A DNA stretch of 40,508 nt from Candidatus Aminicenantes bacterium. GTDB taxonomy: Bacteria; Acidobacteriota; Aminicenantia; UBA2199. Both the position numbers and the translations under genes were made by a program. Below the pieces are notes generated by a model that saw only the letters and a list, made by a program, of their open reading frames with translations, searched no databases and was not told the origin of the DNA. The number at the start of each line of letters is the position of its first letter. Position 1 is the first letter of the stretch. Location of the stretch: assembly GCA_024644125.1 (NCBI GenBank), contig JAHELQ010000002.1:1-40508 (forward strand), in the 5' to 3' direction. Shown here in pieces: positions 9,301 to 17,509 of the stretch.

Positions 9301-10629
9301 AACAACGTTGGGTTCAAATGCTTTATCGACAGCTTTTTTCATCGCATTAGACCATGCGGTTATTTTCGTAATTCCCCAATAAGAAAGATATAATTTCCCG
9401 GCTGTAGCAAACGCTCCACGCATTTCAAACACGGTCGCCGTTACATCTGACAGCCCGGCCACAGCTACTTTTGCGAATTCTGCTATTTCTTCCGAGTTTT
9501 CGTTGATCCATTGGGCGGATTGTTTCAAAGCAGGAAGCATTTCACGAACAACAACCGCTCGGATTTTGTTCCCGGCTCCAGTCCACTGTGCCTCAAAAGA
9601 CTGGAGATATTTCTGATACGCTTTTTCTGTATTGCCGGTACTGTCCTCCATCGCTTTGAGAGCCTCATTAAAATTGCGAATCCCTGTCTCGGTTGTAATT
9701 GACGCAATCACATTGAAAGCCTCTATCGATCCGAATAGATCAGCTTGCGCTTGTGCGTTCCCTTTGGCTGCATGAGTAAGTTCATTAAGAAACCGCGCAA
9801 AACCCTTGCTTTTTATCGCTGCAAGGGAAAAATCAATTCCTAATTTATCCGCCCGCTCACTAGCTTCTTTTGTCGGTTGGGCTATATTGGAAATGGTACT
9901 TTTAAGTGCGGACATAACACTTCCGGTTTTGTTGCCAGATTTGGTTGCCGCTACGATAAATGCGTTGAGCTCCTCAAAGCTTACGCCTGCGGTGTGGGCT
10001 GAACCAACGACATTACCTAAAGTCCTGGACAACAAATCAATATTTGTTTTTGCTCGCTCGTTTGTTTCGAGCAATACATCATATATGTGGATGAGTTTCT
10101 CAGTCTCATATTCATAAGCCCCAAGAACATCTGTCCCAACCTGTACAGCAATATTTACATCAGTGTAGCCTCCCTTTGCGAACTTTGCTGCCTCAGTTAT
10201 TGCCTGTAAACTTTTTTCTGCACCAATGGATGCGCTCAGGGATTCAAAGCTTGAACGTGCTAACTCTGGTAAATCGCCAAGAGTTCCGGCCATATTGAGC
10301 ACTTCATCAGTAAGTTTTCCAATATTTTCGGTTCCCTCGTCCATCAAAGTCCAGGTTTGCGTCATAAGACTATCAAACTCAATTGCGGATGATATGTAAT
10401 CCGAAACTGAATTACGGGCAGTATTCATAATGGCAGAAATTCCCTGAAACCCGATACTGAACTTCATTGTATTCTGCCAGAAATTGTTCATAGCGGAATC
10501 TACTTTGGTAAAGCTTGACGCCATTTTGGTAGTGTCACGCGAAATCAACTGTTGAAGGTTGGTGATGACGGCAGAACCGTCATCACGTACCTCAATATGC
10601 AATTGTAATTTGTCTGTCGTGTTAGTCAT
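6322..10629 (-). CDS. Tail tape measure protein (1435 aa)
   Basis: A very long, helix-rich, low-complexity ORF directly downstream of the G/GT chaperone pair. It contains a Gly-rich hydrophobic block (GGGLLDFSSGILQTVISIKSGNIAGIVAGITGALAGLGAVI) typical of TMPs. Confidence 0.85.
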   Translation of the reverse strand: MTNTTDKLQLHIEVRDDGSAVITNLQQLISRDTTKMASSFTKVDSAMNNFWQNTMKFSIGFQGISAIMNTARNSVSDYISSAIEFDSLMTQTWTLMDEGTENIGKLTDEVLNMAGTLGDLPELARSSFESLSASIGAEKSLQAITEAAKFAKGGYTDVNIAVQVGTDVLGAYEYETEKLIHIYDVLLETNERAKTNIDLLSRTLGNVVGSAHTAGVSFEELNAFIVAATKSGNKTGSVMSALKSTISNIAQPTKEASERADKLGIDFSLAAIKSKGFARFLNELTHAAKGNAQAQADLFGSIEAFNVIASITTETGIRNFNEALKAMEDSTGNTEKAYQKYLQSFEAQWTGAGNKIRAVVVREMLPALKQSAQWINENSEEIAEFAKVAVAGLSDVTATVFEMRGAFATAGKLYLSYWGITKITAWSNAMKKAVDKAFEPNVVRAFGKTFINTNKGVMSSLGNLQNAMKAMPTELKMSIALVGVEMVMNHFDSLMKKGFEIQDSIIGLIQDASRKEIQALRDVQLVRKHGTTQAIELLDELLHKENISSLETGERAQAVSRIMEGYINKLKEELAWKEEVAKISKELGVVTVSQIEQMYRKTDLLVESYTREYYQIKNNKQLKANYYRETTELVEKYERANEKVPESLKKIIEETYTLSASTKELGKAFESLAESYGVLVGEKLSESLKKQEHLIYLWKNHRDVITKNTEGYEKFQKELKELSIQLGDKVSNSLKIVIDSVQKHNTSITNASVAYLDLDTRLELTERILEASSPAWGTATAHMMNYRQEIAYTVIEAAKFIQALYSMSGTIPTMNYEFLKFTNGIMDNRDRTKEWNIDWRDSNEIMEFASAQVDNLGKLLEGLGVNLDGAGGGLLDFSSGILQTVISIKSGNIAGIVAGITGALAGLGAVIEELFGEDWDGKARRAFHGISVVSSEMRDELAQLSEEIGSVDRAFTKLLADNIDEGVTNFQSFQEWTEKVLEQFENISVFGGSTESLQAINDSFEILVKKADELGAHGSAAMISIIEKSRELKGSFSEITKVSEYVMAQLDERTPALEEYLSLDLSEDQYANAVSYIQGYMSSYISEGKNLLEVTEKLGPAIDKILEKGYTSSGVAELLDMRQFAEENSEVLQQITLVKEIISGLGNTGYLKANEAQWKNSQADAVKFYNQLIANSATEQQAMEAILPLLAKQKWFAEQQNLVLEDDVALLIKKAEEQGYNLDAMKTQGEYQQQMNDSLERLVYIMEQFTGISSDGLNIFDELGETVESSMKKAKQGVADFEDKLLGLRPPALTVKVGWDVADFPDTPSPGTGTGGNIGGNDPDFAAADGYEEDLTKPTLIHFNGKTILAGESGPEKLALIPKKKIARPTINHPLMDQTEENKTSSMRIENNFLGQIVIQKEYSINDLARDFGHIMRHNIGGSRTIIERLRDRGN

Positions 10630-10924
10630 TCCTCAAGTATTCTTCCTCAAAGCACAATTTAAGTTTTCTTAATTCGCTTTCTATATCATATATTTCTAGA
10701 GCTGAAAGCACTTGAACAACTGCGGAAAGGTCAAGAGCATAAGCTTTGCCCCAGCTCACTCGCACCTGGTCACCGACCAGGTTGTAAATTTCTATTGTGC
10801 GGCGATTTTCCTCTAATAGCTCAACTGGTTTTAAATGATCTGGGATTTCTCCCCATTTTTCCTTTAAATGCCTCAATCTTTTTTCGCCGACATTGTTGGG
10901 CGATCTCTGCCACCTGAGCCACAT
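10622..10924 (-). CDS. T-part of the tail assembly chaperone, expressed as a G-T fusion by -1 frameshift
   Basis: The ORF is in the -1 frame relative to 10873..11352 and overlaps its 3' end. It has no independent SD sequence. Its stop overlaps the TMP start (AATGACTAA). Confidence 0.55.
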   Translation of the reverse strand: MWLRWQRSPNNVGEKRLRHLKEKWGEIPDHLKPVELLEENRRTIEIYNLVGDQVRVSWGKAYALDLSAVVQVLSALEIYDIESELRKLKLCFEEEYLRND

Positions 10925-11352
10925 TCTAAATTTTCAATTTCTTTAGCTTGCTTTGCAGAATTGAAAACGTTTACACTTCTGACTGATATGAAAATAAATG
11001 ATGCGAAATGAGCATGCATATTTTCTGCAAGCAATCGCTTGTTGTCAGCAGAAAATGCAAATTCATCATCCGGTTTTTCTGCTTCCGTCTGAACCTTAAA
11101 ATCGGGATCAAGCAACGCATTCAACTTTGACACAGGAAAATTTCTCCAGTTTATTACAGCCTCTTTAAATATTTCCTTCATGACTTTAGGGTCACTGACA
11201 AATTCTTTTTTTTGCCCGCCTACGTACTTTTTTTCCTTGCAACGCTCTCTCACATCATCAAGAAGTTGATCGGGAACATATTTGATTTGGAATTCTACAT
11301 CATCATAAGTAACATATGGTCTTTCTTCGTCTGTAACTCTAACAATTTTCAT
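10873..11352 (-). CDS. Tail assembly chaperone (G-like)
   Basis: A 159-aa acidic protein between the tube gene and the TMP. An AGGAGG SD sequence precedes the ATG. The ORF ends ...SAKKD just after an A6 run. Confidence 0.6.
   Translation of the reverse strand: MKIVRVTDEERPYVTYDDVEFQIKYVPDQLLDDVRERCKEKKYVGGQKKEFVSDPKVMKEIFKEAVINWRNFPVSKLNALLDPDFKVQTEAEKPDDEFAFSADNKRLLAENMHAHFASFIFISVRSVNVFNSAKQAKEIENLECGSGGRDRPTMSAKKD
10879..10884 (-). promoter_or_regulatory. Candidate -1 programmed frameshift slippery run (AAAAAA on the coding strand)
   Basis: The coding strand reads GCG AAA AAA GAT TGA. A slip back by one nt gives ...SAKK-RLRHLKEKW..., which continues into ORF 10622..10924. Confidence 0.5.
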
Positions 11353-11361
11353 CGCTTCCTC

Positions 11362-12543
11362 CTATTTCAATATCAAAACGGATTCATCATCCCCAGCATT
11401 GGGGTAACATTGACATTTAATGTCAGTTGTTTTTTCTTCGGAACCTGAAATGCTATTCCCTTCTACCCGGACGTTTTCCGCCACAATTTGGATGATTTTG
11501 CCCGGTTCATTTCCGATGTTGACTTCGAACTCAAGTTGTTTGTAATTTTTCAAAAGCATCTTCACGTTCGTGTCTTCTTTAGTCAAATACTTCTGGACGG
11601 AAAGGGTAACCTTTCGTTTTCCTGCACAAATCCTGCCAGGATATAGGGAATTCTTTTTTTCCTTTTCGAGAGCTTTAAAACCATTATCTAACTCATAGGT
11701 GGTATCGAGAGTTTCCACATTTACAAGAGAATTACCGGATAATGCTTTTTTTACCCACCCCAACTCGCCAACTACCTCTTCTCCTGCGGCAACAATTGTA
11801 GGTGTCCATCCAGTGATTAAAACTCCGGCAGCCTGTGAGGTAGTAATTCCCGGCTCGGCAATTGTGATTTCTTTGGTAGCTTCATTGACATTTTCAATCG
11901 GATGACCGGTTCCACTGTTGGAATCTGTGCCAACGACAATTCGTGCTCCAACCTCGAACCGTTCCTCAGAAGATGTATACTTTATAACTGTAACCGGTGT
12001 AGTTGTACCGTCAACCGCTTCGGCCAAGTCATCAGTGCCGGCAACCACACTTTTTAGATATAAACCCGCAAATTCACATTTTTGTATTTGATCCGCCTGT
12101 ACCTGCATTTTGAGTTTTGATAAGGCGGCCCCGGTAATAAAATTTGTTTCGAATCCCATCTGGTGGACAATTGAAAGATGCTTAATTTCATCAGAACGCC
12201 GATAGTGTTCATAACGTACATCGGTTTCAAAATTAACGGTTTCTCGGCCAAACACTGCCTTAAGCAATTTTGCTAAAGGCGATGCTGTTCCTGCGGTTCC
12301 AGAAAGTTTTGCATTCACTGGGAAACTACAAGTTCCCACTTTGTAGTAGGCTATTTTTTTGGGTTGTTCTGAGTAGCTGTCTTGCTTCTCATTGTTGGTA
12401 GCAAGAACAGGTTCCTGTTGAAAATTTCCATCACCAGCTAGAAAAACTGAATCAGTCGCCACCGGTGAAACCCAAGTGAAAGCATCGGCCTGCTCGGCAA
12501 CCCACATAATTTCAGACATTCCAACGGCTATCTGGTCACTCAT
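11362..12543 (-). CDS. Major tail (tube) protein candidate
   Basis: A 393-aa ORF directly upstream of the chaperone/TMP genes. No sheath or baseplate genes are present in the window. The assignment rests on position. Confidence 0.55.
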   Translation of the reverse strand: MSDQIAVGMSEIMWVAEQADAFTWVSPVATDSVFLAGDGNFQQEPVLATNNEKQDSYSEQPKKIAYYKVGTCSFPVNAKLSGTAGTASPLAKLLKAVFGRETVNFETDVRYEHYRRSDEIKHLSIVHQMGFETNFITGAALSKLKMQVQADQIQKCEFAGLYLKSVVAGTDDLAEAVDGTTTPVTVIKYTSSEERFEVGARIVVGTDSNSGTGHPIENVNEATKEITIAEPGITTSQAAGVLITGWTPTIVAAGEEVVGELGWVKKALSGNSLVNVETLDTTYELDNGFKALEKEKKNSLYPGRICAGKRKVTLSVQKYLTKEDTNVKMLLKNYKQLEFEVNIGNEPGKIIQIVAENVRVEGNSISGSEEKTTDIKCQCYPNAGDDESVLILK

Positions 12544-12755
12544 TTCTTCTTACCTCCATTTGTTTTTATTTCTTTTTTCTTGGGCGGGGGAACAATCTCA
12601 TTTTTGTCTTCTTTTGGTGCTCTTATAAAACTTTTATCTACAAGTAGATTTTGTGCCGCATCATCAGACACATCAAACGAATCTCCGCGCTTAATTTTTT
12701 TAGGGATATTTTTTATTTTTATTGGTATATCCCCTATGTACTTTAATTTAACCAT
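12540..12755 (-). CDS. Hypothetical small lysine-rich protein
   Basis: 71 aa with a strong SD sequence (AAGGAGGTAAGGAG) upstream. Its stop overlaps the next start (ATGA). Confidence 0.45.
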   Translation of the reverse strand: MVKLKYIGDIPIKIKNIPKKIKRGDSFDVSDDAAQNLLVDKSFIRAPKEDKNEIVPPPKKKEIKTNGGKKK

Positions 12756-12757
12756 TT

Positions 12758-13183
12758 TTAACTCCTTACCTCCTTAAATTCTAACTCCATTACTCGGAAT
12801 CTAATAAATTGTTTCTCATCGATAACCATCATTTTAGTGTCTGTGCTGGAGCGATAATAGCAATTTAAAAACCTTTTAAATTCCCCTGTCTCTTGGAAGT
12901 TTTTTGGGTCTGTCAAACGCTCTCTAATCTCGGAGCAAATATCAAGAATTTCGAATACACCCTCGCGCTGATCTAGATTATCCGAATAAACTGGGATATT
13001 TACAGTGTAATGCTCAACTGACTGTTGTTTTCCCAGGATTGGTGCATCTCCGCCATCGCATATTCCAACCGCCGGAAATCCGGCATCAAGTGTGTTTTCT
13101 GTAATGCCGGCAATTATTTCGACCAGCTTTACATTGAGGTTTGCTTTCAAATATGCTTCTATTGTTTCGAGTAGATTTCTCAT
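12758..13183 (-). CDS. Neck / tail-terminator-like structural protein (by position)
   Basis: 141 aa, ATGA-coupled to the gpG-like gene and located between the head-completion genes and the tube gene. Confidence 0.45.
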   Translation of the reverse strand: MRNLLETIEAYLKANLNVKLVEIIAGITENTLDAGFPAVGICDGGDAPILGKQQSVEHYTVNIPVYSDNLDQREGVFEILDICSEIRERLTDPKNFQETGEFKRFLNCYYRSSTDTKMMVIDEKQFIRFRVMELEFKEVRS

Positions 13184-13668
13184 GTCAAAAACACCTTTTC
13201 CCTCACGGTCTCATGTATGTATAGAGCGTCCTCCTTCTGGATCATCATAAATTTTCTACTTGGAATCCTGACCTTTCGACCTCTACCGGCTGCACCTCCA
13301 AAATGTTGAATTGCTCCATAGGCTTTCGCAACCGACGCCACAGAGATAATCAACCGATTTAGGTTGACAAGGAATGGGAATGCTTTCGACAACATCCCGG
13401 AATCAACCAGAATTCGAAAGCCCGCGCCCGAGTGTCCGGTATTCAGATTGTGAAAGCGCATTCCTTTTTTTGTGAGCCGGGAAATGATTGTCGCGTGGGC
13501 AAGCGGTGCCCACGCGACTGGTCGTCCTCCTTCCTCGAAGTTTTTCTTGATGGAAGCCTGCATCCACAATCCAATTTGATGAAGAACTTTTGACAATTTT
13601 TCTTTTAGGTTCTTTTTTATTTTGGGAAGTCTTTTGATATCTTCAATTGTCACACATCGGATGTACAT
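13180..13668 (-). CDS. Mu gpG-like virion morphogenesis protein
   Basis: Pattern IGLWMQASIKKNFEEGGRP..W.PL...T...ILVDSGML...YGAIQHFGG...IPSRKFM matches the Phage_tail_S/Mu G family signature. An AAGGAGG SD sequence lies 4 nt before the ATG. Confidence 0.65.
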   Translation of the reverse strand: MYIRCVTIEDIKRLPKIKKNLKEKLSKVLHQIGLWMQASIKKNFEEGGRPVAWAPLAHATIISRLTKKGMRFHNLNTGHSGAGFRILVDSGMLSKAFPFLVNLNRLIISVASVAKAYGAIQHFGGAAGRGRKVRIPSRKFMMIQKEDALYIHETVREKVFLT

Positions 13669-13855
13669 AGGACCTCCTTTTGTTTATCAAGCGAGGGCGG
13701 AGCGGTTTCCAAATGGAACCGCTACCCATATTTTCTAATAAAGTCTTCATTGTGCTTTGGATGCTTTCGGGATTATCTCTTAGAATCTCTATCATTTTTC
13801 TAGCTCTCCAAGTAAGATACTTGACTATTTTGTTTGCTATATTAGCAATCATCAA
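13643..13855 (-). CDS. Hypothetical protein (weak call)
   Basis: 70 aa and ATGA-coupled to the upstream gene, but it overlaps the next gene by 26 nt. Confidence 0.3.
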   Translation of the reverse strand: MMIANIANKIVKYLTWRARKMIEILRDNPESIQSTMKTLLENMGSGSIWKPLRPRLINKRRSYVHPMCDN

Positions 13856-14286
13856 TAACCCTCAAGTTTAAAAAAAACACGATCTGCGTTTGTCTTTTTT
13901 GAGAAAATAACTGGATTGGAACTTACCGGTTGAGATTCTGAAAATAGCCTTGTTTTTCCCTCTCGAATATCCTGGAGAATTTTCATGTTCATTTCAAAGG
14001 TTTTCTGCCGATCTTCTGTCAATGATTGTTTCCCTTCATAGAGGTAGTGTAGAGTCAGCGATAGTGCTAAATCGCGAATAATTCCAGGAACAGGATTAAA
14101 AGGCATGCTATTCGAATATTGTGCGTAGCAATACGGATCGATCATGGAGGTAGCCCTTTCTCCAGCTTTGGAAATTGTCTCCCAATTTATCTCTCCTTCT
14201 GGTGTTTTGCCAGCAAGTTGTTTGAGTTTTTCTTCATCGATTCCATGCGATTTGAATGCATTGGCAGAAAGTTCGAAATACAACAT
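13852..14286 (-). CDS. Mu gp36-like head-tail connector (DUF1320-like)
   Basis: IDPYCYAQYSNSMPFNPVPGIIRDLALSLTLHYLY...DIREGKTRL resembles the DUF1320 pattern. It sits after the capsid and decoration genes. Confidence 0.6.
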   Translation of the reverse strand: MLYFELSANAFKSHGIDEEKLKQLAGKTPEGEINWETISKAGERATSMIDPYCYAQYSNSMPFNPVPGIIRDLALSLTLHYLYEGKQSLTEDRQKTFEMNMKILQDIREGKTRLFSESQPVSSNPVIFSKKTNADRVFFKLEGY

Positions 14287-14288
14287 CG

Positions 14289-14702
14289 TTACACCAGCTT
14301 GATGTATACGTAGTCACCAGCACCGGCGGCTTTCATGGCATAGCCATTTATTGCTTCGGGTGTTGCGGAACCGGTTATGGAAAGTGTGGGCTGCGCTGCG
14401 TCGGATGTCACGCCGGTGGCTCCGGCGGGAACGGTGACCGCGAGGTCCGAACATGCAATCGCTTTCCCCTCACTGTTAGAGGTTACGGGAGAGTTCGCGG
14501 TGATTGTTCCTCCGGCAATAACTCTATAGATTCCTACTGTTACAACAGGCAATGCTTTCCCAGAGGCGGCGGCATCACGTGAGACACCAACACTTTTTTC
14601 ACCGGTACCGCAAATACTCCCATCCGGGGCAATAAACAAACCCTCGGTTGTATCTGCGGTCGCTGATAACGTAATAGTCTGTAGTGGATGTATGACTTCC
14701 AT
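14289..14702 (-). CDS. DUF2190-like head decoration protein
   Basis: A Gly/Ala/Thr-rich 137-aa protein (GKALPVVTVGIYRVIAGGTITANSPVTSNSEGKA) downstream of the capsid gene. Its start is coupled to the upstream stop (TAAATG). Confidence 0.55.
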   Translation of the reverse strand: MEVIHPLQTITLSATADTTEGLFIAPDGSICGTGEKSVGVSRDAAASGKALPVVTVGIYRVIAGGTITANSPVTSNSEGKAIACSDLAVTVPAGATGVTSDAAQPTLSITGSATPEAINGYAMKAAGAGDYVYIKLV

Positions 14703-14924
14703 TTAATCCTCCCTTTTAATGGTTTTCATTTCCAAGAGCGTTGTCGCACTCACAAGGTTCAGTGAGATCGTCTCACCCGGATTGTACGTTTTCCCATCAT
14801 GCTTAATTGGGCAAAGAACCTTAAACTCAAGTTGAGGTTCTTCAGTGCTTTTCGTTTCCTCAATTTCTGTCATGACCGGAACATCCTTTTTAGATTCTTT
14901 TTTTGGTGTATTCTTCTTGTCCAT
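14703..14924 (-). CDS. Hypothetical small head-module protein
   Basis: The preferred start is ATG 14924 (MDKKNTP), which has an AAGGAGG SD sequence 6 nt upstream. The longer ORF start at 14954 lacks one. Confidence 0.45.
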   Translation of the reverse strand: MDKKNTPKKESKKDVPVMTEIEETKSTEEPQLEFKVLCPIKHDGKTYNPGETISLNLVSATTLLEMKTIKRED

Positions 14925-14934
14925 CCTGTCCTCC

Positions 14935-15843
14935 TTATGCAGTACAATTTGCAATCAGGTATCCCGCATTATTGGCAGTGAGAAAGGCTTCGCGGAACAT
15001 GGTATTTCTGACACCCTGAACTTTTCCTTCGTTGAGCTCGCGAATATCTACTTTCGGGTACCCCTTGACAGAGAAAGTATATCCAAAAGAGAGTTCCTTT
15101 CCCTGAGAGATAGTCGTGTCCTTTTCGCTGCAATAAAACACGACCATATTGTTTCCCCAGATATCAACCGATGTTCCATCATCATCAATATAGATTGCCT
15201 CTCCGATCAAAATTTCACTTACTCCGAAATCTAATGTAACGGACTCCAGGGTTGCGGGAATAACTCGATTTCGAATTGGATCAACACCGGACAATTCGGG
15301 ATGCTTTCTAAGGTATTTCCAAACCTGCGAGCCCATGACGATTTTGTTTCCTTTTTTTCCAACTTTTTGCCGGATCAATTCTTTTCCGGCCTCAACGTCA
15401 TCGACAGGTGTTGAGTTATCATAATCGGAATACTGGGATGTTCCAGAAAGTGTAACGCTATTGCCAGCCGGATATGAATTTGTATCCTGGACAATATCGG
15501 CGACGGCCTTCTCGAATCCAAGTTCGAGTCCTTCCTGAGCAAGTATCGTCAACCGGCGTTGTTCATCAGTCTTTTTTTGCCCCTCGTAGTTTAGATCAAG
15601 GGGAAAAGTGAGATCGTCTTCATCGAGCTCGTACAACGTTTCGGTGTGAGGCGATGTCATTGCAAGGTTCGAGTCGGCGTATTTAGCCCTCTTCGTTCTG
15701 TGTATTCTGAACGCATCCTTCGAGAATGTCGTCACCCGGATTTCGCGAGTATCCGAAGGAACAACCGGAAATACTCGGGTCGCAATTAGTTCTGAATTGC
15801 TGTATTCTTGTGCTAAAGCACTGAGTGTTGCTACTACTTTCAT
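14935..15843 (-). CDS. Major capsid protein
   Basis: A 302-aa ORF immediately after the protease/scaffold gene, with an AAGGAGG SD sequence. Size and position match the Mu gpT / lambda-E-like capsid proteins. Confidence 0.7.
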   Translation of the reverse strand: MKVVATLSALAQEYSNSELIATRVFPVVPSDTREIRVTTFSKDAFRIHRTKRAKYADSNLAMTSPHTETLYELDEDDLTFPLDLNYEGQKKTDEQRRLTILAQEGLELGFEKAVADIVQDTNSYPAGNSVTLSGTSQYSDYDNSTPVDDVEAGKELIRQKVGKKGNKIVMGSQVWKYLRKHPELSGVDPIRNRVIPATLESVTLDFGVSEILIGEAIYIDDDGTSVDIWGNNMVVFYCSEKDTTISQGKELSFGYTFSVKGYPKVDIRELNEGKVQGVRNTMFREAFLTANNAGYLIANCTA

Positions 15844-15852
15844 GATTCCTCC

Positions 15853-16926
15853 TTATCTTTTTTCGGCGATTTGCAATGCTTCATGGAAGCTGCATTTCTG
15901 TTCCGCCTGGATTTTTCGCGCCCTATCATAGAGCTTCATATCTTCGGGCTCAACATTATCGCTTTCTGAGAACATAGAATCACCGTTCTCAGTATTTCGT
16001 TTCGGATTGAGTGACTCAAGTGGGATAATACTATTCTCCGGGACTTCGGAAAAAAGCATTTCAAGAAAATTTTTCGGTGCAAAGGTCGATTCCGAAAACT
16101 CAAGGGAAGATGTTTTCACAAGAAACTGAATAATGCCGTTCCTCATATTGGGCGTTACCTTTCCTTTCCGAAGCAATCCATCTGCGAATGCCTTTGCTTC
16201 ATCCAGGTTTTTTTCGTTCAATAGTTCCTTGAGTTTTTCCTCTGCGGCATTGAGTTTGTTTTGAACTTCATCGGGCTCGGTCGGCGGTACAGGCTGTAAC
16301 TGTGTTTTGGTTTCGGGCTCTGGTTCATGTTCCTTTTCTTCCTTGGTTTCCACTGTCTGTTCAGGTTTACGCAATTTATTTAGTAAATCCAATACTTTCT
16401 GAAGAATTCCGGGTTCTTTCTCTGTTTCGGTTTCTGTTCCGTTGTTTTCCCCTGAGGTCTTTTCGCCACTTTCCATTTCCGAAAATTCAATAGAAAATAC
16501 GTGGTCTTCTTTCGTACCTTCAGAAAAAGCCGCTTCCGGGACCTCAAGGCCTTTGATAGACGGGAACGGCGTAAAGCCGATGTGCCGCAATGACCAGTTT
16601 GCGCGGAATGCCGGGCTGACATAGCGATATTCACCCCGTCTTACAGATTCTGCGAATTCCGGTTGGGGATTCCTTGCTTTTGCCCAGAGTACTTCTCCGA
16701 CTCGTTTTACTTCTTCCACCCAAGCTTTCGCCGGGCTGTCATTTGCGGGGTGGCCAAGCACACAAGGGGCTTCTCGACCGTCCTTTTCTTTTTGATAGGT
16801 CGCTTCGATCCGATCCAAATCACTCGTAGAAACGACATGTTCTTTACCATTTGAGTCGGTATGAATTCCTGTCTTAAAAAACGGGAGCCACCCTTTCTCT
16901 TTGAGTTTGTTCACAATTTCTTTCAT
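15853..16926 (-). CDS. Mu gpI-like head maturation protease with C-terminal scaffold
   Basis: The N-terminal half has VLGHP...AWVEEVKRVGEVLWAKA...GEYRYVSPAF, as in the Mu-like prophage I protein family. The C-terminal half is acidic and coiled-coil (ETETEKEP...KLKELLNEKNLDEAK), which is scaffold-like. Confidence 0.75.
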   Translation of the reverse strand: MKEIVNKLKEKGWLPFFKTGIHTDSNGKEHVVSTSDLDRIEATYQKEKDGREAPCVLGHPANDSPAKAWVEEVKRVGEVLWAKARNPQPEFAESVRRGEYRYVSPAFRANWSLRHIGFTPFPSIKGLEVPEAAFSEGTKEDHVFSIEFSEMESGEKTSGENNGTETETEKEPGILQKVLDLLNKLRKPEQTVETKEEKEHEPEPETKTQLQPVPPTEPDEVQNKLNAAEEKLKELLNEKNLDEAKAFADGLLRKGKVTPNMRNGIIQFLVKTSSLEFSESTFAPKNFLEMLFSEVPENSIIPLESLNPKRNTENGDSMFSESDNVEPEDMKLYDRARKIQAEQKCSFHEALQIAEKR

Positions 16927-17231
16927 CCTTTCCTCCTGACAATCTTATCGATGAATGGAAAAATTCCGTGGATTATATGATAAATTGCAGCTTTGAGATT
17001 AAAAAACAGATGAGAAAAGTATTCTGTTTTTACCGTTTCGATATAACCCTCGGTTCCCTCTGGTTTCTTCCTTATTTTTTTTTGTTTGACTTTCCGGTGA
17101 TCATAGTCTGGTGTTGCGACCATCCTTTCTATTTTTTCCCATGCTGGAAAAAGTCCGTGTAGAGTATGGAGAATCGCTCCCCAGAAACCACCGAATACAT
17201 GCTTGATATAGCTACCGATCAAAACTAGCAT
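16923..17231 (-). CDS. Hypothetical protein with an internal duplicated H-x-x-HG-x-FP motif
   Basis: 102 aa. It contains two copies of one motif: ILHTLHGLFPAWEKIERM and IYHIIHGIFPFIDKIVRR. Confidence 0.45.
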   Translation of the reverse strand: MLVLIGSYIKHVFGGFWGAILHTLHGLFPAWEKIERMVATPDYDHRKVKQKKIRKKPEGTEGYIETVKTEYFSHLFFNLKAAIYHIIHGIFPFIDKIVRRKG

Positions 17232-17272
17232 CGTTCCTCCATCAAAATCCGGGTTTGAGAAAAAGTGTTATT

Positions 17273-17509
17273 TTAGGAAATTTTCCGCAAAATGTTTAAG
17301 TGCCATTTACACCCAGTTTCAACCCGCTTTAATCCCTGTTTTAATTGTTTTTTTACTCTTTTTGTCATTTGCCTATATATCAGTGTTTTTTCTTTCGCCC
17401 CATTTAACAGGCTCAAGAAACGTTTAAATCTAACTCCGGGCATACTTTGGTATGCCTCCGCCGCGGTTCGCCCTTCCTCGTCAATTCTCGCAACTTTTAG
17501 GTTTCTCAT
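17273..17509 (-). CDS. Hypothetical basic protein
   Basis: 78 aa. Its start overlaps the portal stop (ATGA). Confidence 0.35.
   Translation of the reverse strand: MRNLKVARIDEEGRTAAEAYQSMPGVRFKRFLSLLNGAKEKTLIYRQMTKRVKKQLKQGLKRVETGCKWHLNILRKIS

Noticed and set aside
6496-10117. Multiple 60-140-aa plus-strand ORFs, and 9525..9707 (minus strand), inside the tape measure gene
   Set aside because: These are antisense or alternative-frame shadows of a single 4.3-kb ORF. They are low-complexity Ser/Pro-rich translations.
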